Source: Heterodontus francisci (Eukaryota). Taken from it: a stretch of 64,000 nt of DNA. Of the stretch, positions 41,142-52,520 are shown one piece after another. The position numbers and the translations under genes were made by a program. Below the pieces are notes generated by a model. The model saw only the letters and a list, made by a program, of their open reading frames with translations. It was not told the origin of the DNA and searched no databases. Every line of letters starts with the position of its first letter. The first letter of the stretch is position 1. The stretch is from assembly GCF_036365525.1 (NCBI RefSeq), contig NC_090387.1, positions 88,763,691-88,827,690 of the forward strand, in the 5' to 3' direction.

Positions 41142-43030
41142 TCAATCTACCCAGCCGGTATCTAGATCAGAATTCCAGGTAACTGACTTGGTTAACCCTT
41201 CCTTCTGTCCAGCTATTCTCTGGATTTCACTAAAAGGAGCCATAGGATGGTATCGACCACCCTCACGCTCCTGATGCTGAGCCACCGGTCTCCTAGCACC
41301 TACCAAAGGCAACGGAGGGTGCAGCGACGGTACTCTTGGTTCTCCTTCCTTTATATGTCTCTGGGGTGCATTACAGTCACGAACGAAATGTCCTTGCTTC
41401 CTGCAATTAAAACATCTGCCGAATATGGGCAGGGGGGAATTGGTCCTGGTCATCGATCTACCTCGCCCTACTTGTTCTTCATAAGAGGGTGGTGATGGTA
41501 CCCTAGCTGTGCTACCTCGTCCTTTCCTGGGCCCCTCTTTTCTCCATACTGTTCCCGGGCCCATGGGGGTAAAAGGCGCTGATTTTGCCCTTTGCCTTGC
41601 CTTTATCTTCTTCCCGTTTACTCAGGCCTCTTTCCCATACACGGGTCATACGTCGGAGAGTCCACTGTTCAGTGTGCGTTTGGTCTTCTGGATCATAACT
41701 CTCAAATGCTTTCTGGCTACTCTCATTAGATTGCGCTTTCAGTGCACCTATCTGGATGTGTTATTCCCAAGCCTAGTTCTGTCTAGTCCTGGCCCATAAA
41801 CTCCATTGAAATTATTCCATAATTGATTGGCAAACACCATCGCATGCTCATTCGACCCCTGCCGGCACTTATGCAAGCCTTCTGTGGGATCCCCATTATT
41901 ACACTCTGATGCTGCCAATATTGCTGCCTTCATTTCATCTGGGGTACCTTGCTGTGCTTGTGGCAATGCGGAGAAGAGTTTGCGTTCTAAACACATTCCC
42001 AATAGTTTAACCTCCTCTCTATTGTTCAATCCGTGTAGAGCTCGTAAATAGGTTATAGCTGCAAAGAAAACACACGGGTCCCCTTCTCCGTTGTACTTAG
42101 GGACCTCCTTCTGTATTTCCGCCAATTGAGTGATCGTATATGGAGTCGTATATGTTATTGTCTGGCCCCCTTGGACCCTGTCTGTTCGCCTAGTTATCAA
42201 TGGTGCCATAGATAAGGCCAGGGTGGTGGCCGACGTCTCACCTGGGGGTTCAGGCGGTTCGGGAGGTGGATCACCCATGAACCATTTACATCATTATGGT
42301 ACCTACTGGCCTGGTCTGCCATGTCGGTCCACTTAATGTAATCATTGTCATCATTCTCCCTATGCGCAAATGCACATATTATACCCCTTTGCTCTGAGAG
42401 TTGAGACGAAAGTTTACTTATCTCCTGCTGACATTTGGCATGATCCACTGACTGGTATGCCCACACCATCTGTGAGCGGTGCATAACTGTCATTGCAGTC
42501 TGTAAGTCAGAGCATTTCTGTTCCACTCATGTGAGCTGTTCCTTTGCCTTGTTTGCTTCCCTCTTAGCCGTACTGCGACTGTACTCAGCCTTTTCAGTTT
42601 GAAACTGGAATTGACTTAAATGCGCTACCTGTGCTGCACTAACTGACTGTGCTTTCAGGGCCCTATCACGCCACTCATTCTTTTCTTTTTCTGACTTTTG
42701 CAATTCCTGCTTCAATCGTTCAACTTCACTCTCTTTTTCATCTAATTCCCTCATATTAGACGCTATAGCAGTGGCTGTCACTAACTTAGGTGCCCTTTTG
42801 GCTTGGTGGGTCCGCGCAAATTTCCATTGCTGTACCCCAACGGACCCCTGGCCCATGTACTGTTTAACGGCAAACGCTATACACAAAGGCCATTTGCCCT
42901 TCAAATATTTTTGGAGCTCCAACTCCCACTCTGGCCTGGTTAGGGCCATAATTACTCAAAGGTTCACAGTCCGATCCGTCAGACTCCTCACTTTGTTTAT
43001 AATTTAGTTCAAACTCAGCGAGGCTATTCA
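41142..43030 (-). pseudogene. gag: ERV gag (coiled-coil N-terminus, capsid-like region, one CCHC zinc knuckle), broken
   Basis: Consecutive ORF pieces 42527-42949, 42197-42526, 41748-42278 and 41142-41564 (CFNCRKQGHFVRDC). Confidence 0.8.
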
Positions 43031-43058
43031 AAATAACTTGAAATAGCACTGCAATCGA

Positions 43059-43076
43059 GTCCCTTTTCGGTCGCCA
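43059..43076 (-). promoter_or_regulatory. tRNA-Lys(UUU)-type primer binding site
   Basis: TGGCGACCGAAAAGGGAC matches the canonical Lys3 PBS TGGCGCCCGAACAGGGAC at 16/18 and lies 4 nt from the LTR end. Confidence 0.8.
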
Positions 43077-43080
43077 ATTA

Positions 43081-43402
43081 TGCTGTGCCTAATACGCACT
43101 TACTCTTAAAGAATTTGCAGAATCCGATTGGTGAAATGTTTATCAATATTTTACTCATACACTAAATGATCAAATACAAACTCTCACTACTTGTTCAGTA
43201 TCAAAACGCATCAAAGTACAAGATCTCGCTGCTTGTACAGCATACTACCCGCCAAGACAGGAGGTGTTCAATCTCGGACTTGCGGCTGCTTTTCTGTCCT
43301 CTCCAGTGTTCTTCCCCGGGGTTCTCGTATCTTCCTCAGTTTCAGTCAGGGGTTAAATCTTGTTTCTAAGACCCGCCCCTCTTACTTACTCATAGGGGTC
43401 TG
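43081..43402 (-). repeat. Truncated 5' LTR of ERV
   Basis: Colinear with 36924-37270 apart from a ~20-bp indel and scattered substitutions; adjacent to the PBS. Confidence 0.85.
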
Positions 43403-43523
43403 CTCCAAGATCACAAAGATAACATTTTTAAAAATCCTAAAATTGTTTTTAAAGTATATGCTGTTAACAGATGTCTAATAATATGACAACCACATCATAA
43501 AATCTTACATACCGGCCCAGGCG

Positions 43524-43569
43524 AGTGACATCAAACCCTGCCCTTGCGGTTTGAAATGTATATATAAAA
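43524..43569 (+). promoter_or_regulatory. Promoter-like cassette: AGTGACATCA decamer, RUNX-type TGCGGT, TATA box
   Basis: AGTGACATCA at 43524-43533, TGCGGT at 43545-43550 and TATAAAA at 43563-43569, clustered in promoter order. Confidence 0.35.
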
Positions 43570-45333
43570 TACACGAGCAAACAGCAGTGAACTGGCATAA
43601 CTGAACCACAGGACCCATCTCACAGCAGTAGCTTATTGTGCAATACGTCAAATTTAGCTAAGCGTAAAACAAAGCAACAAAGCAAATAGAAACATTCTTG
43701 AGCTGACCTCACATCAACGGGGAGAGTTAGGTTTTGCACTAGCTGATTCATACTTCTGTTCGACTATAGTTCCTGTCATGTGACAAGCTAAGCCTCTCGG
43801 CATGTGCAGATTTTGTCGATAAACGCTCTTTGCGGTCAGCCTTAAAATAAACCACCTCTTCGGTCTACAGAGCATGTTAATTCCAGAGCAGGCTCAGCTC
43901 AAGTATTAGCGGATTGATATGCAGCAGCAAGGAGAAGTCATTGCTGATACACTACTACTCACGCCTCCTGTGACCGTCCTAATGTTGTACCGATGATGGC
44001 ATCCTTAAAAATGAATGCTCACCGTGGTTTTCATGGGACTTACCAGTATTGTTTCGCCCATGTTACGGCAGAAGTTGACAACAAATGCTGCGAAGGTCGC
44101 AGGAGAATCAATTGAAATAAATGCTCTGCAATGGTCTGTTATGCGGAATTAATTAAATCTGCTGGACCACTAATTACGATAAATTACGGTACCGTTTTAT
44201 TTTAAATGTACGCTCACTAATGCAAGTACTTTTGAATTTAAAATTGTGATTGATGTCTGTTGCCACGTAACGCATGGTATATCGTTACCTGCAACTAAAT
44301 TGCTTTTATTTTAACGTCTTGGCGAAACAGCCTACGTTGGCGTTGACAGCAACGTGAAGACAGACTTTTTCAATGAAATGGGATCCAAAATTTGGTACTG
44401 ATCTGGGGAACCTTTGAATATAATAAAGAATAGAATTTTCGAGGATATAAACTGTTATTCCTTCAAAGTTAGGTTGGGACATCGAGAGGGAAAACGTAAA
44501 CATGTTATCCTACTTTCGTAATGAGATTACTGACGAAAGGGATCATTTCAAATTCTGGCGATGGCACACAAAATGTATTTATTTTTCTTAAGCGATAGAT
44601 TATAGAGTTTTAGACAAACTGGCAAAAGTGAATCAAATGTGATAAATCTACAACTCAATTTTACTTTAATAATTTAGTTCGCTTCCAGCCGATGTCGCTG
44701 ATCTTTTAGAACCAACTTCATGTCAAAGCGCGTTGATTTTCCGGGAACATGACATCTCGCATTGACGGTGCTTGTCTCCAGCAAGTCAATTGCGAATGTG
44801 ATGGATGGGCTACGCTGCTCATTTAGCCCTGAATCTGATGTAACTATCTCCGTAGACTTCATAACAACATACTTCATAACAATATGGAAGTAGCTGGAAG
44901 AAGATTAACTTGAATTAACTTGCAGTTATTACATAGGTTTTCCAATTACCTTCTCCCCATTGTCAAACTGTGCCAATAAACCATGCAATTGTAACACATT
45001 CCGCCAATCTATGGGAATCATTCCTTCAAAGACTTGTTGCGAAATTAAGCCAGATGGATTGGACATATCGTACTCAGGTAACCCTCTTCAGGTCAATAAT
45101 ACCCATTAAACAGACTTCGCAAAGAGAGAAGGACCGTAATCACGCAATATTCGCCCTTTCTGGCGGGTAAGGAAGCGATGAATTATGGACTTGTAAACAT
45201 TTTATTTTCTGGAACTAAAAGTTCCTAATTTCTGATGTTGGTTTCTGGTACCGTTTCTGTTCGCAGCAGCTTTTGCAGATCTTACTCAAAAGGATATGCA
45301 TTTCTCCACGCCGCAATTTTTTAAAAAGTGGTA

Positions 45334-45345
45334 TGTGACGTCACA
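45334..45345. promoter_or_regulatory. Palindromic CRE (TGTGACGTCACA) about 90 bp upstream of the receptor ATG
   Basis: Perfect TGACGTCA at 45336-45343 within a 12-bp palindrome, in proximal promoter position. Confidence 0.55.
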
Positions 45346-45433
45346 CTTAAGTGCGTGTTTTATTAGACCTGATGCCGCCCATTCCAAAATCTTCATCCAC
45401 CCCATTCACATTCGCAAAGGGTGATCTATAGTT

Positions 45434-45482
45434 ATGACTGGAGCACTTTGGAGTATTTATTTCCTCGGAATTTTGTATCCAG
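45434..45482 (+). CDS. IgSF V-C1-TM-ITIM receptor, exon 1 (signal peptide)
   Basis: ATG ACT GGA... = MTGALWSIYFLGILYP then G|gtagct donor (phase 1). Hydrophobic leader; splices in frame to the V exon. Confidence 0.85.
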
Positions 45483-45734
45483 GTAGCTTGTTTATGTTTG
45501 TTGTACATTAACAGAACGTGACATCGATTTTCTAGTTAAAGTACAACGGAGCAATGTAATTTAGGGATAATTTGATGTAATATTACCACGTTTCTTGCCG
45601 GAGGGAAATATGTGTGAGAAAGCAAACGTTATTGAACATTACGTGGAGAATAATTGATAGTTTGGTAAATTGCATTACTATTCTACTAATGTGTTGCACG
45701 CACAGTATTATTTGGTGATTTCTTTCATTGATAG

Positions 45735-46046
45735 TTCCTGTGGACACCTCGGGCAAGGTGACTCCAGGCATGGCACAAATGAAGGCGCTCAGAGGTACAA
45801 ACATTACCTTGAAATGCCCTTTCCCCTTTCACTTGGACTATTCAAACGTAAAAGTTTACTGGTTGAGAAAGGAAAACGGTACCTTACTGCAAGAAGATAG
45901 CAGAACGTTGTTTCAGGTAAAGAAAGGTGGCGCCTACCTTCAGCTTCTGAATGTGACTATGCAGGATGCCGGAACTTATCAGTGTGGAGCCAAATATCAC
46001 GATCAAATGGTTGTAAAAGGAACTCTGGTGCAACTTGTTGTATATG
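45735..46046 (+). CDS. IgSF receptor exon 2, V-set Ig domain with germline-joined J-like G strand
   Basis: Acceptor ttcattgatag| and donor TAT G|gtaag (phase 1-1, 312 nt). NITLKC..VYW..LQLLNVTMQDAGTYQC..KGTLVQLVVY shows canonical V-set C, W and DxGxYxC. ORF 45728-46087. Confidence 0.93.
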
Positions 46047-46863
46047 GTAAGAGCCAGTGGAACAAGTATCTTGAGGAGTGTGGTTGATCTCGATGATAAT
46101 ATTGTGTTTCACAAGCAATTTCAATAGGGAAATGCCCTGCCTATAAAAAGTACGACTTTCTAATTGTTTATAGCGAAGCGTATTCCAAAATGTGGAACAG
46201 TTCCCATTTCCATAATCTTTGGAAAAAACTTACATCAGGCCAACATTATAAACGGTAGTTTGATTCTCAGTTTTTAGGGGAAATGATTTCAGATCTGGGA
46301 GCTAACTATTCTTTCCAATGTTGGCACGAAGTGTCAGGGTGAATAGTCTTGTGGCTATTTGCAATGTTATAAATGTTCAAAGACCTCTCTATGTATTATT
46401 ATGAAAAAGGGGAAAGTTCCAGTCCTATCATCTGGACAGCGCCATTACAGTTTCTGAGATCTAGATAAAATTCCTGAACCGTCGTTCATTTCTGTTCGGA
46501 AGCAAAACGTTTTCTCCATCTAACCACAGGACGCATGTCGTTCTATTGCTATAGCTTAAGCATGCCATGCATATACCTAACACGTTGATATTAATAAAAA
46601 AAGTTCATACATTTCTGAGTATAACTGTAATACAGCCATCCTGTTGTGGAGACAATTCTAAAAATCACGTCTCTGGGTCGAGTGAAGAATTATTAGATTT
46701 GGCTCCAGCAAGAATCAATAATAATTATTAACACAACTACGACGCCCAGACACATAAGCAGGGTTATTTTGGAAAACAGTGAGAGATAGAGTGCAAGTCA
46801 AATAAACTGCTTTATTTATTTATGCTTCCCCCCACCCCCCCCCCCCCCCCGCCCCCCATTTAG

Positions 46864-47169
46864 CTGCACCCACTCCCATGAATATTGTCTGCATGCCATC
46901 CGAACCGGCTTCGTCAATCTTTCTGAGACTTCAGTGCCGCACCGCTGCTTTTTACCCGAAGGAATTTAACCTCACCTGGCATAAAAATGGTACCGAAATT
47001 GTGGCAGGATTTAGAACTGAACAAAAGACAACAGAAGAGGGACTGTATAAAGCGATCAGCTCTTTAGACGAGACACAACCAATCGAGCACGGCACTGTTT
47101 ACACCTGCCACGTATATCACATTTCAAATTCAATTCCAGCGAATGCCAACTACACCGCTGTTAACAAAG
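46864..47169 (+). CDS. IgSF receptor exon 3, C1-set Ig domain
   Basis: C-rich acceptor atttag| and donor AAA G|gtact (phase 1-1, 306 nt). LQCRTAAFYPKEFNLTWHKNG...GLYKAISSL...YTCHVYH carries the C1 hallmarks FYP, W and YxCxVxH. ORF 46878-47219. Confidence 0.93.
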
Positions 47170-47831
47170 GTACTGTTATAGCACACGTGATACATTTATC
47201 GATTTTTATACAGTTATAAAGTTTCCATCTCACTTAATGGGTTAATGCAAACAAATGTGGGAAGTATTTCCTGTAGTTGTTTGCATATTACTCTGTCAAC
47301 TCCAAAGTCGCGCTTTAAAGCTTCCCTCATTGACTAAATGAATGTTTCCTTTCTGTTGGGTAGTACGATGTAATCGGAAATAAGTTGCAAACAACAAACC
47401 GAGCTGGTAGTGATCACATGAACTCAGCACAGTTTTCGCAACTAAATTAACAGTCATAATATTTGACGTTCACTCAGAAAGGACACGGTGAGGGTTGGCG
47501 CCCCAAAAAAAACTCAGTGCATTATTAAAGTCACCGAAATAGTTGCTGAAGACTGGAGAGGTGAAGCTGGTGGGGTGGGGTGGGGGAGGGGGTTGCTGTA
47601 ATGGATCCACGCATCATCAGTTGTCAGTGAGACTCTCTCGATACTGTATCAAATATTGAACCAGAATGACTTTAGTCTGTCTGTCTGGAAAGAAGGAGAT
47701 GCTTGCCTGAAGATTTATTCCGAAAGGCATCTGGAGAGAATTTGTAAACACCTGTCATTGTAATGTCTGTAAGGTCCCCCCCCCCCCCCCCCCCCATATA
47801 TTGATCAGAAAATACACCCAGACGTAATTTA

Positions 47832-48419
47832 GGGGCGGCACAGTGGCGCAGTGGTTAGCACTGCAGCCTCACAGCTCCAGGGACCCGGGTTCGATTCCGG
47901 GTACTGCCTGTGTGGAGTTTGCAAGTTCTCCCTGTGTCTGAAACAAAAACAAGAAATGCTGGATTCACTCAGCAGGTCTGGCAGCATCTGTGGAAAGAGA
48001 AGCAGAGTTAACGGAAGTTCCGTAGAAGGGTCACTGACCCGAAACGTTAACTCTGCTTCTCTTTCCACAGATGCTGCCAGACCTGCTGAGTGAATCCAGC
48101 ATTTCTTGTTTTTGTTTCAGATTTCCAGCATCCGCAGTATTTTGCTTTTATCTCCCTGTGTCTGCGTGGGTTTTCTCCGGGTGCTCCGGTTTCCTCCCAC
48201 AAGCCAAAAAGACTTGCAGGTTGATAGGTAAATTGGCCATTATAAATTGTCACTAGTATAGGTAGGTGGTAGGGAAATATAGGGACAGTTGGGGATGTTT
48301 GGTAGGAATATGGGATTAGTGTGTAGGATTAGTATAAATGGGTGGTTGATGTTCGGCACAGACTCGGTGGGCCGAAGGGCCTGTTTCAGTGCTGTATCTC
48401 TAATCTAATCTAATCTAAT
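47832..48419 (+). mobile_element. Full-length V-SINE (HE1-like) in receptor intron 3, interrupted by the Penelope insert
   Basis: GGGGCGGCACAGTGGCGCAGTGG..GGTTCGATTCC..; tail (CTAAT)n. Confidence 0.9.
47941..48150. mobile_element. Penelope-derived inverted-repeat insert inside a SINE, 14-bp TSD
   Basis: TSD TCTCCCTGTGTCTG at 47927-47940 and 48151-48164; perfect inverted arms at ~47937-48012 and ~48045-48121. Confidence 0.8.
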
Positions 48420-48766
48420 ATTTTCCTACATTTCGCTACCGGATGGATTCTTATCCCAATGCATTTTGTTCCCAACGATTAGAAGGGAACTATTTGGTGT
48501 GATTTCCACCTCAACCCCCCACCCCTCTCATATTTTGCATTGCAGCTAATTATCTGAATTGCGAGGTGCTTCATGCTTGTTGTTTCAGATTTCTGAATAA
48601 TCAGCTGAATGCGGAGATAATGAAATGGATTAGCTCAGCATTTATGCACTGTACTCTTGTACTCTAACAGCAGTATATTTGGAAAATGTGCTTGTGACAT
48701 TGAAACGTGTATTTACCGGTTTTACGTTCCACAGTTTTTAATGTTAATTTGATACCAATCTCATAG

Positions 48767-48880
48767 ATGTTATCCCCACGAACCAATTTTCTCTGATCGC
48801 TGGATGTGCCGCGGGTGCGGTGACGATTGTAATGTTGACAATTATGATTGTGAAGCGACTTCAAATAATTACATCTAAAG
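48767..48880 (+). CDS. IgSF receptor exon 4, transmembrane
   Basis: atctcatag| ... AAA G|gtacag, phase 1-1, 114 nt. (D)VIPTNQFSLIAGCAAGAVTIVMLTIMIVKRLQIITSK is an uncharged ~22-aa hydrophobic helix followed by KR. Confidence 0.85.
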
Positions 48881-49418
48881 GTACAGACCATGTCGGCTTT
48901 CTTGATCATTGACTTTCTGACATCACATTATAACACACCATTCAAAATAAGAATTAAAACTATGTATATCTATTGATATTGTCACAGTACTTGACCCGCG
49001 GGTAAAGAATGGAAGGGAAGATTGCAGTATGTCACCATCACAAGTAAAGCTGATGATTAGTACAATATAGCTGACGGGTGAATTTGAAGATGTTTATTAT
49101 ATCTATTTACTTGGACTCAAACATTATTTCATAACCAGACCTTAACAAGCTCATAACTGGAGTTTCCGAAAGTCTTTTGCTTTAGCTGTGGATCCAGAAC
49201 AGTGAATGTTTTGAGTGTACCGATGTTTCGAAAGTTTCATCACAGTACTAACAATTATAATCCAAGCGCTGTATTTCACATTCCGAAAAAATACCGTGGT
49301 GCGCGTAGTACAATTGCATAATGTGAACTAACCTAATTAAATTTGTTTTAGATGTTCTGGTGATAAACCGAAATAATGCCTTGTTCTTAGCGATTCATTA
49401 CATTTTATTTCCTGCCAG

Positions 49419-49462
49419 TTGCCAAGAGAAATTCACTTAATCCTACTCAAAATGAAGGTCGG
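49419..49462 (+). CDS. IgSF receptor exon 5, cytoplasmic
   Basis: ttttatttcctgccag| ... CGG|gtaagg, phase 1 to 0, (V)AKRNSLNPTQNEGR. Restores the phase needed by the terminal exon. Confidence 0.7.
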
Positions 49463-49720
49463 GTAAGGCCATCTTATTTTTCCTTCCATTTTCTTTCAAA
49501 TTTCAACTAAACTGACACAAGTATGCTTTCTGCTTCTCCATTCTTTAAAATAAAACATTTGTTCTATGAATATCGAATTATAGAGTAATGACCGAAGCGT
49601 TTAGAAGTTCTCACACCAATTATGTTATTAACTGCAATGTGTTTATATTTTTTTAAAAGCCTTCGTAATATTTTAAAGGACCAATTGTAGAACGCATTAT
49701 TGACCATTCCTTCTCGCTAG

Positions 49721-49735
49721 GCAGGAAGTAGAACA
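49721..49735 (+). CDS. Putative 15-nt cytoplasmic micro-exon (AGSRT)
   Basis: ttccttctcgctag|GCAGGAAGTAGAACA|gtgaga; frame-neutral, phase 0-0. Confidence 0.4.
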
Positions 49736-50149
49736 GTGAGATGAAGCCCCAACGTTGATCCTTCAAATGGCACCTGTTCTCCATGGTAGATTTGTACCTC
49801 CAAAATAGCGCATCACGATAAACGGTCTACGCAAACGTTCTGCTGTCAAAACGATCTTTTACCCGTCCAGGTTCTGGAATAGGGTGACAGATCTGGGTAA
49901 AAAAAAATCTTTGCAGTTGTTTGTGCTTCACTACTTTAGAAATAATGTAAATTCCTGCTTTTCCTGGAAAAAAAAGATCAGCCGAGGATAACTGGATCAA
50001 TAGACAGCCGAAAACGATAGAGGAGATTTGTATAAAATAGAAAAAAGTTTTAAAATAACAACGAAAATAAGCGGCCGGGTGGGTGTGGTGTGTGTGTGTG
50101 TGAGGGGGGTGGGGGGATGAGGTTGAGAGGATAATATAATTGATAAAAT

Positions 50150-51250
50150 AATCAAACTTAGAGATGATAAAACCCCTGGTCTGGATGAATTGCATTTACA
50201 CATATTAAAACAAGTTTGGGAAGAGCTAACAGATTAACGAAAGTATAACAATTTATTAGAAACAGTAACAAGGTCAGTGGACATCTTATGTTATTCCAAT
50301 ACTTAGAATGAGAGATAGAACAAGTCCAGGGAACTGTGGACCACTTACTTTAATGTCATTGTAAAGAAAGATAATAGAATCTTTACTCAAATATATAATA
50401 GAAAAACACTTAGAAAACGCAAATATACTGCAGAGGACTCAGCACGATTGATTAACCAACAATCTTTTGCAATATTTGAAAAAGAACAGACAAGATAAAT
50501 GCAGTCGGAATAATATATTTGGATTTTCTAAAGGGCTTTGATCAGGTATAGCATTACTTAGGTCAAAGCATGCAGAATCAAGGGACAAGTAGCAGAATGG
50601 GTAGCCGGCTGGGTATAAGGCAAATGTCAGAAAGTAATGTTTGAAGGTAGCTGTTCAAACTGCCAGAGGCTGGGAAGTGATGTTCCAAATGGATCGTTGC
50701 TGGGAGAACTGTCATAGATAATTAAGATTCATAATTTTGAATCGAGAACAGAAGTCCAAGCTCAAAATATGCAGAGGTGTACTTAACACAAAGGAAGAAT
50801 GCAGCAAAATACAACATAACATCAGTACGTTTGAAGATTGGGCATTTAAAGTGGCAACGCAGGGGAGTTGCTCTTCCATAGAGCCGGCTCGGATGCGACG
50901 GCCGAATGATCTCCTTCTATGCAGTTATTATTCTTTGACTCGCTTATTTAATACTGATACGTGTGAGATGCTGCATTTTGGTAGAATGAATAATGAGGTC
51001 ATAAGCTGTAAGATTCTATATATGGTAGAAGGTCAAAGCGTTTACACGTACACAAAATACTAAAACCATTGATGTTGTTTGTTAAGGCCATTAAACAGAA
51101 AACGCAGCATTGCGATTCATTTCAAGACCAAGAGAAGTGAAAAGCAGAGAAGTTATGTTAAACGCGTACTGCAGCCTGGTTACACAATACTTGGAGTACA
51201 GTTCACAGTCGCTATGGCGATATGCTCCTCGCAAACATCTGAGGACTGGT
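50150..51250 (+). mobile_element. Old CR1 fragment (intronic)
   Basis: Degenerate KTPGLDELH, YLDF and CEMLHFGR motifs. Confidence 0.55.
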
Positions 51251-51339
51251 ACCAAAATTTGAAGAGCTGTCCTACTGACGCGTCAAGCAACAGTCCGACA
51301 TTGTGATACTCATAGAATCATGCATTTCAGTCAGTGTTC

Positions 51340-52520
51340 CAACCTCTTTCATCACTATCCCTGTGTATATCCTGTCCTATGGTAGGGTAGACCCACCAGA
51401 GATGGTAGCACGTGGTATACTGTTGGGCGATAGTGGCCCTGAGCCTCTTTACTGTTGATTCCGGACTCAATCAAGTCTCATGATATTAGGACAAACATGG
51501 CCAAGTAAAAGAATCTTCTGATCTCCACCTACCCAAGCCCTCAATTGATATATCCTTGTTGAACACAACTTTGAAGAAGAACTGAGAATAGCACAGTCAC
51601 ATAATATACTTTTGAGTGGTGTATGTCACTATCCATCAACAAGAAAGGCTTAGTAGCTCAAATAGTGATGGAGCTGGCTTGGTACTAAAGGATATATCTG
51701 TCAGACTGGGCTGTGGCAGGTGGCGAGAGAACAACACGAGGGGAAACCCTACTTCACCTCGTCCTCCCCAATCTACGAGGGACACGTGTATTTATCAATG
51801 ACAGCGTTGAATAGAGTGATCAGTGCACAGTCTTGTGGAGACAAAGTTTCTCCCACACAATCGGGGCACTCTCCATCGTGTTGTCTGGCGCCATCACCAC
51901 GCTAAATTGAATAGATTAGGAAAGATCTAGCCAGTCAAAACTTGGAACTAATGAGGCACCGTGGACCATAAACTGCAGCAGAATTTTGTTTCACCAAAAT
52001 CAGTAACTCCATGGCCCGGCACATCCCTCGCTCTGTCATTACCATCAAGGCTGGCAACGAATCGGATTTCAATGAGGATTGTTGGAAAACATGTCAGAAG
52101 GAGCACAAAGAATAAGTAAAAAAATGGCTCCAACCTGACGAAGTTAGAACACAGTACTATATGCAACCTAAACAGAGGAAGCAACATGGGCTGACAAGTG
52201 GCAGGTAAAATTTGTACCACATAACGTTCCAGACAATGGGATCGCTAAGAAGAGATACTCTAATCACCTCTCCTTAACATTCAACAACATTAGTATTGAT
52301 GACCACCGCAACGCCAACATCCTGGCGGGTCGGCATTGACTAGAAAAGTACCTGGACCACAGCCAGAAATACAATGGCTACACGGGCATCAATTGGGCAT
52401 TCTGTGGCAAGTAACTCATCTCCAGACCCCCAATCCCTGTCCATCATCTACATGACACCAATCAGTAGTAGGATGGACTACTCCCCACTTGATAGGATGA
52501 GTGCAACTCCAACAATATTC
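51340..52520 (+). mobile_element. Old CR1-clade (second family) fragments (intronic)
   Basis: Reverse-complement similarity to 24480-26740 segments (APE and RT remnants). Confidence 0.5.

Larger units (their letters stand above)
36924..43402 (-). mobile_element. Defective endogenous retrovirus-like element (spuma/loki-like pol); integrase and env missing
   Basis: 3' LTR 36924-37520 (TG..CA), PPT AAAGGGGGGA 37522-37531, partial 5' LTR 43081-43402, PBS 43059-43076. Coiled-coil gag with CCHC (41373-41414), protease (LTGFTG, ILGSD), RT with YVDD (38797-38808), RNase H-like tether, then a DGSS motif (37884-37895). Confidence 0.88.

Noticed and set aside
43950-44030. Minus-strand J-segment-like stretch (GTTL..TVT, gtgagt donor) with CACGGTG upstream
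   Set aside because: Needs a frameshift, lacks FGxG/WGxG and has no nonamer at 12/23 spacing; no evidence of a rearranging locus.
44674-45170. Short ORFs upstream of the receptor as a divergent gene
   Set aside because: No recognisable domain and no consistent exon chain.
48990-49003. Alternative 14-nt exon (cacag|TACTTGACCCGCGG|gtaaag)
   Set aside because: Weak pyrimidine tract, and including it with exon 5 breaks the frame of the ITIM exon.
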